This document shows, in pieces, positions 27,932 to 37,333 of a DNA stretch of 64,000 nucleotides. The position numbers and the translations under genes are program-made. Each line of letters begins with the position of its first letter. The first letter of the stretch is position 1. The DNA comes from Candidatus Melainabacteria bacterium SSGW_16 (lineage in GTDB: Bacteria; Cyanobacteriota; Vampirovibrionia; 2-02-FULL-35-15), in contig DUDS01000015.1 in NCBI GenBank assembly GCA_004769085.1, positions 97,975 through 161,974 of the forward strand, given 5' to 3'. The notes under the pieces are model-generated. The model made no database searches and had not been told where the DNA came from. It saw nothing but the letters and a program-made list of their open reading frames with translations.

Positions 27932-28828
27932 CTATTTCTTCTTCTTTAAAGTCAGCACTATAGGTGTATGCATTCCAAAAAGATTTAAAATATTTGCTCC
28001 AATATTAGCCAAACCTAATTTTTGAACTAAAGAAACAAGTGGTCTTATTGACTTAAGAGAGGCCCAGTCTGAATAATTGCCCGACGCTAAGCGTTTTTTA
28101 AAAATATTCTTACCCCAATCAAGTATTTCAAAATTTTGGGAATTTATATTGTTTAGGATTTTTTTTAGAAATTGAGGACTTATAAGTTGCAAAGTATCAA
28201 TATAATCAGGGTTTTGCCCTGTAAGTCTTGCATAAATTTTTCCAAGAAATTTATTAGTAATGCATGGCCAAAGTATCCCATAATGCCCTTCCCAGAAAGA
28301 AAAATAATTTGGAACAACAAACTGCAAATACCCGCCAGGTTTTAGTACTCTAATGGATTCACTTAAAACTTTTTCAGGATCCTGTACATGCTCAAGAACA
28401 TTTGTAGAATAAATAAGATCAAATGTGTTGTCATTAAAATCTAGTTTTTCTGCTTTTCCACAGATAACCATATTATTTGGCAAATTGTATTCTTTAAGAA
28501 GAGAAAGTGATATCTGATTAAACGGAGAAAACTCATCCTTTGAAGGTTCTACACCATAAGCATCAATATCAAACCTTGTTCTTGCTACTATTAAAAAAGT
28601 ACCTACTCCAGCTCCAACTTCAAGCAGCTTTCTTCCTTTCAATTCATATTTCTCAAATCTGTTTATTTCAGATTTTAATAACTCAATTTGTTCTATTGCT
28701 CTTTCAACAGTTAAAAACTCTTCTGCAATTAGTTTTGTGTCTCTTTTAAGCAAATCCGAAGTTGACTCATTTAAGGCAACAGCCAGTTTATTTAAAAGTT
28801 CAGGATCTTTTGAAATTAGTGTAGTCAT
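27932..28828 (-). CDS. Class I SAM-dependent methyltransferase
   Basis: LLEVGAGVG, FDLIYSTNVLEHV, RVLKPGG, EGHY motifs. Confidence 0.88.
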   Translation of the reverse strand: MTTLISKDPELLNKLAVALNESTSDLLKRDTKLIAEEFLTVERAIEQIELLKSEINRFEKYELKGRKLLEVGAGVGTFLIVARTRFDIDAYGVEPSKDEFSPFNQISLSLLKEYNLPNNMVICGKAEKLDFNDNTFDLIYSTNVLEHVQDPEKVLSESIRVLKPGGYLQFVVPNYFSFWEGHYGILWPCITNKFLGKIYARLTGQNPDYIDTLQLISPQFLKKILNNINSQNFEILDWGKNIFKKRLASGNYSDWASLKSIRPLVSLVQKLGLANIGANILNLFGMHTPIVLTLKKKK

Positions 28829-28876
28829 TGGTTTATAAGAAATACAAGGATAATTCTATCCTGTTTAAGCATTACT

Positions 28877-28984
28877 GCAAAAAGCATCTTGCGCTCCGCA
28901 TTTTTCTCCTCAACCCCTCCGCCCAAGAACTGACGGGTCCCCGTCGGGGCATTCGGAGAATAAATGCTACACCGTGCTTTTTGC
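28877..28984. repeat. GC-rich nested palindrome (miniature element or structured RNA) between divergent genes
   Basis: GCAAAAAGCA/TGCTTTTTGC outer stem; GCATTTTTCTCC/GGAGAATAAATGC middle stem; inner GCCC/GGGC and GACGGG/CCCGTC stems. Confidence 0.65.
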
Positions 28985-29105
28985 CAGCTTATATTAAATC
29001 ATTAACATTCTATACCTCACCTGTAATTACAAGGTAAAAGCCAAAAAATATATAAACCACAAAAAGCTATAATAATTTACGTCTCTGCACCAAAAACATA
29101 AAGCA

Positions 29106-30176
29106 ATGAGAAGAAAAGCACTTAAATACTTAGCCTGTCCGGAATGTAATTCTGATCTGGATTTGGAAGGAAATATCTCTGAATCCAACTCACACATAAT
29201 GTCAGGCAAACTACAATGCAAAGCTTGTTCAAAAGATTTCCCAATTATAAAAGGTGTGCCGTTTTTTTGTCTGGATCCAAACAACAAGATCGTTGAAAAA
29301 AATAAAAATAATTTTGCAGACGAATGGATTTATTTTACATCAGTTCTTGATGAAAAGAATGAAAAACTTGCTAAGCATGAACTGGATAGTTACTTTCAAC
29401 CACTAATTAATTACGATGAGCTTGATAATAAAACCGTTCTTGATGCAGGTTGCGGGGGTGGAAGATTTACTTATGTAACCGGCAGAGAAACAAATGCAAA
29501 AGAAATATTTGGGGTTGACTTATCAAATGCTGTTTTAAGCGCATTTAAGAACACAAAAGATAATGAAAAAATTACCATAATACAGGCTGATATTACAAAG
29601 CTGCCATTTAAAAAAAAGAGCATTGATTTTATTTACTCAGTAGGAGTTTTACATCACCTACCTGATCCAAAACATGGTTTTTCTTCATTAGTTAAATTTC
29701 TTTCTGAAGAAGGTAAAATACTTTCCTGGGTTTATGGAAAAGAAGGTAACTCCCTTTACATTACATTTGCCGATCCTATAAGAAAACTTATCACTTCAAA
29801 ACTTCCATTCTGGTTGAATCTATTTTTGTCGTTTGTAATATCTTTTATTGTTTGGATAATTATCTGGGCTATATATTTTCCTCTTAATATAATGCTTACA
29901 AGGAAGATTGCAAATAAAATTCTTCCATTTAATGAATATTTTGGATTTTTCATGGAAAGAGGATTTGGTGATTTCTGGAGAACTGTAATAGACAAAATGA
30001 TTCCAACAATTTCTTACTATATAAGTGAAAAAGAATTTAAAGACTGGTTTACTTCAAATAATTTAAATCACAAAATCTTATTCAGAAACGGGCACAGCTG
30101 GCTTGGAATTGGAGACATAAAAGGAAACAAAAACCAGGTAAAAAGTAAATCCAACCTTGCTCAAAACAAAGTATAA
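29106..30176 (+). CDS. Trm112-like domain fused to class I methyltransferase (paralog of 23273..24268)
   Basis: LACPEC..C..C..FPIIKGVP; VLDAGCGGG, YSVGVLHH, WVYGKEGN. Confidence 0.87.
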   Translation: MRRKALKYLACPECNSDLDLEGNISESNSHIMSGKLQCKACSKDFPIIKGVPFFCLDPNNKIVEKNKNNFADEWIYFTSVLDEKNEKLAKHELDSYFQPLINYDELDNKTVLDAGCGGGRFTYVTGRETNAKEIFGVDLSNAVLSAFKNTKDNEKITIIQADITKLPFKKKSIDFIYSVGVLHHLPDPKHGFSSLVKFLSEEGKILSWVYGKEGNSLYITFADPIRKLITSKLPFWLNLFLSFVISFIVWIIIWAIYFPLNIMLTRKIANKILPFNEYFGFFMERGFGDFWRTVIDKMIPTISYYISEKEFKDWFTSNNLNHKILFRNGHSWLGIGDIKGNKNQVKSKSNLAQNKV

Positions 30177-30319
30177 ATAAACGGTGCAAGTGCTGAGCCT
30201 TCAGTAAAAACAATTAGTGCTCCTAATAAAAGAAGAAATAAAATAATTGGTGTAAGCCACCATTTTTTTCTTGTCTTTAAAAAACCCCAAAGTTCAGAAA
30301 ATATTGACAGACTAGCCAT
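30161..30319 (-). CDS. 52-aa SxtK/DUF5989-like small membrane protein (absent from the ORF track)
   Basis: Hand translation: MASLSIFSELWGFLKTRKKWWLTPIILFLLLLGALIVFTEGSALAPFIYTLF. Has the RKKWWL.P and APFIYTLF signatures and follows the carbamoyltransferase and sxtJ-like genes. Confidence 0.9.
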   Translation of the reverse strand: MASLSIFSELWGFLKTRKKWWLTPIILFLLLLGALIVFTEGSALAPFIYTLF

Positions 30320-30323
30320 ACGT

Positions 30324-31664
30324 TTATTTTACTAAATTGTTCTTAATAAGAAAATTACATATGTTAAAAGCTAACTCCTGTGATAACTCACTGTTGTAAT
30401 GATCAATATCCACATATAATGCCTTTTGCTTGTCCTGTTGAATATCAGCCAGCCAGAGAAAATCACTACCTAGTTTATCTTTAATTTCAGCCATTTTTTT
30501 ATAACCAAACTTAGAATATGTAAATCTACCAAACCCTTCTTTTGCAAACCTGTGATATTTCAAATCATAGTTATATGTAGGAGCAGGCTGCCAGACAAAA
30601 AGAGTTTTTACACCAAATGCTTTCCCGGCATTCTCCATTAGTTTTTTATTTGCCAAATAACGGTTAATCGTATCATTTATTAAATCAGGTTTATTATATT
30701 TTTCTTCATTCAAATCAAGCGCTAAGTCAGAATGTTTATTATTCCCTCTTAATTCTTCTAATAATTTAAGTAAAGGTATCCTGAACAAAATACCACCACC
30801 TGTTTCAACAAAACGTGCCAGCTTGTCCGTATACAAGGGTTCATCATTGTAATAATAAAAATCATTAATACCATCAATAAAAATTGCTAAATCCGACATG
30901 TAACCATTTGAAAGTAATTTCTCAAATAAAACTCTTTCCTGTGAAGAAAAATAATTACCTCTGCCAAAATTATAAACACAAACTCTTTTATTTCTTAAAG
31001 ACAAACTTAAACATTGCTGAATTCGGGAGGCAATAGTATGGTCATCAGGAACACCATAATTAAATGTAGTTGAACCTCCAAAAAGAAAAATATTGAAATT
31101 ATTAGTATCAGGCGGCCATGGACCCTGGTCTTTTACAATCCTAAAGCCATTTTCACTAACATTTACATATTTGCCTTTAAATGGTCTTTCTTTAAAAAGT
31201 GTATATGGTTCAAAAATAAAAGACCTAGACCATGTTTCCCAAAGCAGCTCATTTATTTCATCCGATTTCAGATAAGGATAGATTTTATCCAGAGGTTCGC
31301 TGTATTTCAAAAATATCTGATTCCTGTAAAAACCCAGATCCCTAATATTAAAATATAAAAACAGTCCGACATTTACTAAAATAAAAAGTATAAGGGTATT
31401 AAAAAGTATCATTGCAATATTTTTATACAGCTCAATACTATTTATAAAAAATTGTCTGTCAAATCTTGTAAAAATCAGAAACAGCCCTGAAACAATAAAA
31501 ATTAAATCAGCAAGCCAGAATGGAAACCGGTTATTAAATTCTGACAAGGAATATGAGCTAAGAAAGTTTCTAAGGATAAACTCATTAAATAAAAACCCAA
31601 GTATTATAAGTAAAACACCCAGAACGTTTTTAAAGCAAAAAAATGAATTAGTATTGTTTTTCAT
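30324..31664 (-). CDS. Membrane-anchored SGNH/GDSL hydrolase-like protein
   Basis: N-terminal TM helices; FGGSTTFNYG, YNFG, DGIND, WQP, YVDIDHY motifs. Confidence 0.8.
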   Translation of the reverse strand: MKNNTNSFFCFKNVLGVLLIILGFLFNEFILRNFLSSYSLSEFNNRFPFWLADLIFIVSGLFLIFTRFDRQFFINSIELYKNIAMILFNTLILFILVNVGLFLYFNIRDLGFYRNQIFLKYSEPLDKIYPYLKSDEINELLWETWSRSFIFEPYTLFKERPFKGKYVNVSENGFRIVKDQGPWPPDTNNFNIFLFGGSTTFNYGVPDDHTIASRIQQCLSLSLRNKRVCVYNFGRGNYFSSQERVLFEKLLSNGYMSDLAIFIDGINDFYYYNDEPLYTDKLARFVETGGGILFRIPLLKLLEELRGNNKHSDLALDLNEEKYNKPDLINDTINRYLANKKLMENAGKAFGVKTLFVWQPAPTYNYDLKYHRFAKEGFGRFTYSKFGYKKMAEIKDKLGSDFLWLADIQQDKQKALYVDIDHYNSELSQELAFNICNFLIKNNLVK

Positions 31665-32064
31665 AACTTTCTTTATTTATATTCTCATTATTTCTTTTTA
31701 TCCAGTAACTATCAGATTTATTATTGAAATTAATATCTAATGTATCTTGTCCTGATATCTTAAGGATAAGTCCTAGAGGAGTTATAACAAAATAAAATAA
31801 AATACCTAAAATAACCCTTGTTACAAAAAAACCAATTACTATTGCAAAAGTCATCCATATTTTATGTATTGGAAGAAGTGCAACAGGAGCAATTAAACCA
31901 AACAAGACAAGAAATATTGAAATTGCATAAAAATATGGATAAAAGCTTTTGCTTCGTAAAAGAAATAAAGTAGCAAGCAATCCAAAAACTGCTCCTACGA
32001 TGAGTCCAAACTCTCTGAGTTCTTTCCTGGTACTTTTTATTTTTCTTATTTCGTCTATAAGCAT
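31648..32064 (-). CDS. SxtJ-family membrane protein
   Basis: LREFG, P..L.P..KIWM, YFVITP.GL, SYWIKR, YEKQY motifs; directly downstream of a carbamoyltransferase. Confidence 0.85.
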   Translation of the reverse strand: MLIDEIRKIKSTRKELREFGLIVGAVFGLLATLFLLRSKSFYPYFYAISIFLVLFGLIAPVALLPIHKIWMTFAIVIGFFVTRVILGILFYFVITPLGLILKISGQDTLDINFNNKSDSYWIKRNNENINKESYEKQY

Positions 32065-32067
32065 AGT

Positions 32068-33894
32068 CTAATCCAACTCAAACTCCCTAAGCCAGTCAAT
32101 ATCCTTATCAAGAGGTTTTTGTTCTTTTTTCTCAAGCAGAAAATTTTCCATAATTAAATAATCCATATTTGTTCTCATAAAACACAGATAAGCTTCTTCA
32201 GGAGAACATACTATAGGTTCACCTCTTACATTAAACGATGTGTTTATAATTACAGGACAACCATACTTTTCGTAAAATCGTGAGATAAGCTTGTGATACA
32301 AAGGATTATCATCCTTAGATACAGTCTGAACTCTTGCAGAGTAATCTACATGCGTTACTGCAGGAATTTTTGATCTTACAGAAAAGAGTTTATTTATGCC
32401 GTGTAGTTCTTTTTCGTTGCTAGTGACATTATTTCTAACACTTTCTTTAACAGGAGCTACAAGCAGCATATAAGGACTCTCCTGGTTTAAATCAAAATAC
32501 TCATCTGATTTTTCTTCGAGCACCGAAGGTGCAAACGGTCTGAAACTTTCACGAAATTTTATTTTCAGGTTCATTTCTTCCTGCATTTTAGGAGACCTGG
32601 CATCACCAATTATTGACCTTGCACCAAGAGCTCTGGGACCAAATTCCATTCTTCCCTGAAACCAACCTATTACTTTCTCTTTTGCAATTAAATCAGCTAT
32701 AACTTCTACAATTTCATTGTCAGCAAGTTCTCTATATAAAATATTTTTTGTTTTTAAGAAATCAAGTATGTATTTTTTGTCAAACGCAGGTCCAAGGTAT
32801 GAACCTTTCTGAAGATCTTTTCTGCTATTTGTTAATCTTTTATTTCCAAGATACTGGTACCAGACAAAAAGTGCTGCACCCAGTGCACTGCCAGCATCAC
32901 CACTAGCAGGTTGAACCCAAACCTCTTTAAACGGTCCTTCTCTAAGGATTCTTCCATTACCAACACAATTTAAAGCAACCCCACCAGAGAGGCATAAACT
33001 CTTCAACCCAGTTACTTTATAAGCATGTTTTGACATACAAAGCATGATTTCTTCAGTAACATCTTGTATAGACTTTGCTATATCCATATAATGTTGAGTT
33101 AATTTTGACTCTGATTTTCTGGGTTTGCTTTCGAAAAGTTTATTGAAATTTTCATTTGTCATTTTAAGTCCGGCACAATAATCAAAATATTTCATGTTCA
33201 ATTTAAAAGAACCATCATCTTTTAAATCAATTAATTCTTTTAATATTAAATCTTTGTATTTTGGTTCGCCATAAGGAGCAAGCCCCATGAGTTTGTACTC
33301 ACCGGAATTTACTTTAAAACCTGTATAGTAAGTAAAAGCAGAATAAAGAAGTCCAAGTGAATGCGGAAATCTCATTTCATAAAGAAGTTCAATATTATTA
33401 TTTTTTCCAATTCCAATGCTTGATGTAGCCCATTCCCCAACACCATCCATGGTTAAAATTGCTGCTTCAGTAAAAGGAGAAGGGAAGTATGCACTTGCAG
33501 CATGAGATTCATGGTGCTCAGGGAAAATAATTTTCCCAGTATACCCAAGCTCTTTCCGGATTAAATTTTTCATCCAGAGTTTTTGTTTAATCCATAGAGG
33601 AATTGCTTTTATAAAAGACCTTATACCAAAAGGAGCATAAGCCACATACGTTTCTAGTATTCTTTCAAACTTAATAAAAGGCTTATCATAAAAAGCTACA
33701 AAATCAAGATCTTTTACTGATATTTTTCCTTCCTGGAGACAGTAACTAATTGCATTTTCAGGGAATGCAAAATCATGTTTTTTTCGAGTGAATCTTTCCT
33801 CCTGTGCTGCAGCAATAATATTTCCATCCTGCACCAGGCAGGCAGCACTATCATGATAAAAAGCTGATATTCCTAAAATGTTCATGAGGATCAA
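32068..33894 (-). CDS. Carbamoyltransferase, SxtI-like subfamily
   Basis: ILGISAFYHDSAA, QEERFTRKKHD, EHHESHAASA, GFKVNSGEYKLMGLAPYG, FRESFRPFAP, NTSFNVRGEP, FELD C-terminus. Confidence 0.95.
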   Translation of the reverse strand: MILMNILGISAFYHDSAACLVQDGNIIAAAQEERFTRKKHDFAFPENAISYCLQEGKISVKDLDFVAFYDKPFIKFERILETYVAYAPFGIRSFIKAIPLWIKQKLWMKNLIRKELGYTGKIIFPEHHESHAASAYFPSPFTEAAILTMDGVGEWATSSIGIGKNNNIELLYEMRFPHSLGLLYSAFTYYTGFKVNSGEYKLMGLAPYGEPKYKDLILKELIDLKDDGSFKLNMKYFDYCAGLKMTNENFNKLFESKPRKSESKLTQHYMDIAKSIQDVTEEIMLCMSKHAYKVTGLKSLCLSGGVALNCVGNGRILREGPFKEVWVQPASGDAGSALGAALFVWYQYLGNKRLTNSRKDLQKGSYLGPAFDKKYILDFLKTKNILYRELADNEIVEVIADLIAKEKVIGWFQGRMEFGPRALGARSIIGDARSPKMQEEMNLKIKFRESFRPFAPSVLEEKSDEYFDLNQESPYMLLVAPVKESVRNNVTSNEKELHGINKLFSVRSKIPAVTHVDYSARVQTVSKDDNPLYHKLISRFYEKYGCPVIINTSFNVRGEPIVCSPEEAYLCFMRTNMDYLIMENFLLEKKEQKPLDKDIDWLREFELD

Positions 33895-35645
33895 TAGTTC
33901 TTACCACTAAATTTTTTGTCCTTGGGTTTTTCATACTTATAAACCACGATCTGAGCATCATTGTTAAATCCATAAAGCTTGTAACTGTCATTTAAAATTG
34001 GAGCACCCATTAAAACCATTTCTTTGTTGTTTTGAAACAGCCAGTCCGATGGTCTTAAGAACAGGTACTCAACAGGTTCCGGGAGGATTGAGTTAACTTT
34101 TAATAACTGCTCATTTGTAGCATCTTTCATAATCTGTCTTATAGGATATTGGGTAAATGTAGTATGAATACCATCATTAAAATAAATAAATGCAGGCTTT
34201 TCATCTTTTACAACCGATTTAATAAGCTCATCGTTAAACTTTGCTCTTTTGTGAAAATTATGTTCATAGTCTATATAATGCCTGATTGAAGAAAGAAATA
34301 AAGGAAAATATAAAAACACAAGAAATGAACCAGCAATTACTTTACTAGCGACAGGATGATCAAATGTAAAAGGCTCAAAATAAGAAACCTGGTGTCTTAA
34401 AAGTATCCATAATGCAGGAATTGAAAGCGGTAAATAATACATGTTATAACGCCATAAATTCTCATGATAGGTTTTCATTATTGAACATAAAATTAAATTA
34501 AAAACTACAACAGAAGATATTGCAGTAACAGTAAATAGTTTTTCAACAGCTGAAAGTTTCTTCCAGCTTATACTAGCGAGAATTGTCATAAATAAAATCA
34601 TTAAAAAATAAATCCCGTTCAGCACATAGCAACAGGTAGTTCCAAGAACTGAATTCCTGAAAGATGCATAATCATCAGCTATGCGGGAAATAGCAGTAGG
34701 ATAAACAAAGTAAGAACCAACAATAACTTTCAGAAAATAATGATAATTCGATAAAAAGTTGTTAGGGAAATCATTAAACACTCCCCCTAAAAACTCAGCA
34801 TATGCCTGTTTCATTTCCTGCTGATGTGAAAAGTTCACCATTGGAGCGACAGGGTAAAACACAAATTGTTTAAAGACATAAAATAAGGCTGCAAAAATCA
34901 GCAATGCAATTCCTACAAATGCAGGAAAAGGAAGTACTGTTTGAATTTTTCTTCCTGTAATTTTCTGGTTATAAGCCAGAAATAAAAATACTACAGAACC
35001 AAAAAGGTATCCTATAAATATTGTTTTATAAAGCCATAAGACTGTAAATGATAATGCAAGCTTTAATAGAGTCAGATAACTAAATTTTCCTTTTTCATAA
35101 TCTTTTAGTATTAAAAATACTGATCCTGAAAGCAAAAGACAGCCAAACTGTTCCATCATCCCCGAGTCACAGTTTTTCATTACTGTAGGGAAAAATAAAT
35201 ATGACATTGAAATTAAAAATGAAAGTTTATGATTTTTATTTGTAAGAATAAGCGAATTAAAATAAAGAAATAAACAAACCCCTAAAGCCGCAACCCAGGT
35301 AGAAAAATAACCTACAGTTAAAGTCGAACCAAAAAGTTTAAAAAACAAAGCAATATAAGTAGAAGATATTGGAAAGTTAATTAAATGATGAGGAAATCCA
35401 TAATTTAAGAGTCCCATCACTGTATAAGATCTGGCACCAAAATGAAAATCCTCTGCAATACCACGAGCCACAGAAAGATAAGCCACTTCATCCCACCCAA
35501 GTCTGTGTGGCAATGCAAACTGACAGACAATATATGAAACAAGCCACACACCAAAAATCAGACTAAGATAAAAAATATTTCCTTTTGATTTTTTTAACTG
35601 TGAGTTTTTAATATTAGTATTTTTATCCAGAGTTTTAGTTGTCAT
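33891..35645 (-). CDS. ArnT/PMT-like polytopic GT-C glycosyltransferase
   Basis: GWDEVAYLSVAR acidic DE motif after TM1; numerous TM segments; late WRY motif. Confidence 0.65.
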   Translation of the reverse strand: MTTKTLDKNTNIKNSQLKKSKGNIFYLSLIFGVWLVSYIVCQFALPHRLGWDEVAYLSVARGIAEDFHFGARSYTVMGLLNYGFPHHLINFPISSTYIALFFKLFGSTLTVGYFSTWVAALGVCLFLYFNSLILTNKNHKLSFLISMSYLFFPTVMKNCDSGMMEQFGCLLLSGSVFLILKDYEKGKFSYLTLLKLALSFTVLWLYKTIFIGYLFGSVVFLFLAYNQKITGRKIQTVLPFPAFVGIALLIFAALFYVFKQFVFYPVAPMVNFSHQQEMKQAYAEFLGGVFNDFPNNFLSNYHYFLKVIVGSYFVYPTAISRIADDYASFRNSVLGTTCCYVLNGIYFLMILFMTILASISWKKLSAVEKLFTVTAISSVVVFNLILCSIMKTYHENLWRYNMYYLPLSIPALWILLRHQVSYFEPFTFDHPVASKVIAGSFLVFLYFPLFLSSIRHYIDYEHNFHKRAKFNDELIKSVVKDEKPAFIYFNDGIHTTFTQYPIRQIMKDATNEQLLKVNSILPEPVEYLFLRPSDWLFQNNKEMVLMGAPILNDSYKLYGFNNDAQIVVYKYEKPKDKKFSGKNY

Positions 35646-36510
35646 TTAAAATCCTTTTTTTAAGTAAAAATCCAATCAACCCTAACGAGAGAGTAAAAAG
35701 CGCAATTCCCTGCAAAATCATAAAACCCATAATTCCAAGCGAACTATTAAGAAGATTTGAAAATACAGGTATTAAAAGAACAACAAAACCTAAAACACTT
35801 ATCAAACCTGATGTAAGCATAAATATTTTAATAGGATTATATAGTGTAATGGTTTCTACAAGTATCTGTGCTGATCTTAAAATATCCCTCAGGTATTTTA
35901 CTTTTGATTTACCTATTCTCTGTCTGTATTCAATAGGAAAATAATGTACAGAAAGCCCTTCCAGTATAAAAATCAACGTGGTTGAAAGTGAGAATGAAAA
36001 TCCACTGGAGGTATTTGGCAGATATCTTAAAACGACATCCCTTTTAAAAACCCTGAGTCCTGAATTAACATCCTGAATTTTCTCACCTGCAACAAATTCT
36101 GCAATTTTCTTTAAAAGATATCTGGAGAGTTTTTTTATGGAAGGATCAAAAGATTTTAAATTACTTCTTTTACCAATTATCAAATCATATCCTTCCTCAA
36201 GTTTTCTCACCATAAGCAAAACAGATTCTATGGGATATGTAGTATCTGCATCAGTAACAACTATAATTTCCCCAGTTGCAGCTAGTATGCCTTTTTTAAT
36301 TGAGTAGCCATAGCCTTTATTATATGGATTTCTTAAAAGTTTAATGTCCTTTCTGCTTTTTAAAATCTCATGTGTCCCGTCAAAGGAACCATCATCTACA
36401 ACTATAATTTCATGAATAGCTTTTCCCAGATAAAAATTAATTTCATCTAATGTGCCTTCAATACCGCTTCTTTCATTAAAACAAGGAATTATTAGTGAGA
36501 TTTTGTCCAT
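35635..36510 (-). CDS. GT2 glycosyltransferase, DPM-synthase-like
   Basis: IPCFNE, VDDGSFDGT, NKGYG, DADTTYP, DVNSGLR, R.GKSK, two C-terminal TM helices. ATG at 36510 (MDKISL) preferred over 36582. Confidence 0.88.
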   Translation of the reverse strand: MDKISLIIPCFNERSGIEGTLDEINFYLGKAIHEIIVVDDGSFDGTHEILKSRKDIKLLRNPYNKGYGYSIKKGILAATGEIIVVTDADTTYPIESVLLMVRKLEEGYDLIIGKRSNLKSFDPSIKKLSRYLLKKIAEFVAGEKIQDVNSGLRVFKRDVVLRYLPNTSSGFSFSLSTTLIFILEGLSVHYFPIEYRQRIGKSKVKYLRDILRSAQILVETITLYNPIKIFMLTSGLISVLGFVVLLIPVFSNLLNSSLGIMGFMILQGIALFTLSLGLIGFLLKKRILNDN

Positions 36511-36631
36511 AGCTTTGTAAAAATTATTCAAGTACCAATTATACTTTAAAGAAAGCCTAAAATAGACTGGATATAGACCCAATTACTTACTGTTATTTAG
36601 ATAATTCCTTGTATATCTTGGAATTCCTGTA

Positions 36632-36698
36632 TTGCTTCCTGAGTAACGATTTGATACTATATTTCTATAGCTTACACTTTTATGTAATATATAGAAAT
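36632..36698 (+). promoter_or_regulatory. Sigma70 promoter and inverted-repeat operator of AbiE module 1
   Basis: TTGCTT (36632) -17 bp- TACTAT (36655) with extended TG, followed by the IR ATTTCTATA-GC-TTACA-N6-TGTAA-TA-TATAGAAAT (36661-36698), which reaches the start codon. Confidence 0.65.
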
Positions 36699-37332
36699 GA
36701 ACTTTAAAGAAGTAAAAGATAAATTCAAAGACTATCTGATTATTGATAACCAATCGATTAATTTAACACAGAATCCATCTTATTTCAGGAGACAAATTTC
36801 AGAATGGAAAAAAAAAGATTGGTTGATAGAACTTAGAAGAGGAATGTACGTCATTAATGACCTATACTTTAAAGAAAAAATCTCACACCTCTATATAGCA
36901 AATAAAATATACACTCCATCATATATAAGTCTAGAGTATGCATTATACGAATATGAAATAATACCTGAGACAGTCAAAGTAGTTACTTCTATTACCACCA
37001 GAAAGACTGCAAGATTTAAAAACAAATTTGGGCAGTTTAATTACACAAAAATTAAAAATGAGTTGTTTTTTGGATATAACCTTATTAACCATCAAGGTCA
37101 AAATATTTTTTATGCTATCAGAGAAAAAGCTATATTAGATTTTATTTATATTAACCTGAGTTCATTTAAAGAGACAGAGGAAGATTTCCACCACTACAGA
37201 TTTCAGAATCTGGAAAGTATTTCCTGGAAAAAATTAGAAGTATACTTAAAAAAATTTAAAAGTAATAAATTAAAAAGAGTAATAAAGCTACTTAAGGAAT
37301 ATCATAAAAAGGAGAAATATAGGAATCTGTAA
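36697..37332 (+). CDS. AbiEi-like type IV antitoxin / transcriptional regulator
   Basis: LIELRRGMY, PSYISLEYAL, IIPE.V..VTSIT, EKAILD motifs. Confidence 0.85.
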   Translation: MNFKEVKDKFKDYLIIDNQSINLTQNPSYFRRQISEWKKKDWLIELRRGMYVINDLYFKEKISHLYIANKIYTPSYISLEYALYEYEIIPETVKVVTSITTRKTARFKNKFGQFNYTKIKNELFFGYNLINHQGQNIFYAIREKAILDFIYINLSSFKETEEDFHHYRFQNLESISWKKLEVYLKKFKSNKLKRVIKLLKEYHKKEKYRNL

Positions 37333-37333
37333 A

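Noticed and set aside
28828-29037. 69-aa ORF in the divergent intergenic region
   Set aside because: TTG start, and the frame is open mainly because it crosses the GC-rich palindrome. Better explained as a non-coding element.
30161-33894. Possible saxitoxin biosynthesis cluster
   Set aside because: Only sxtI/J/K-like genes are present; no sxtA, sxtG, sxtB or other core genes, and the context is glycan tailoring.
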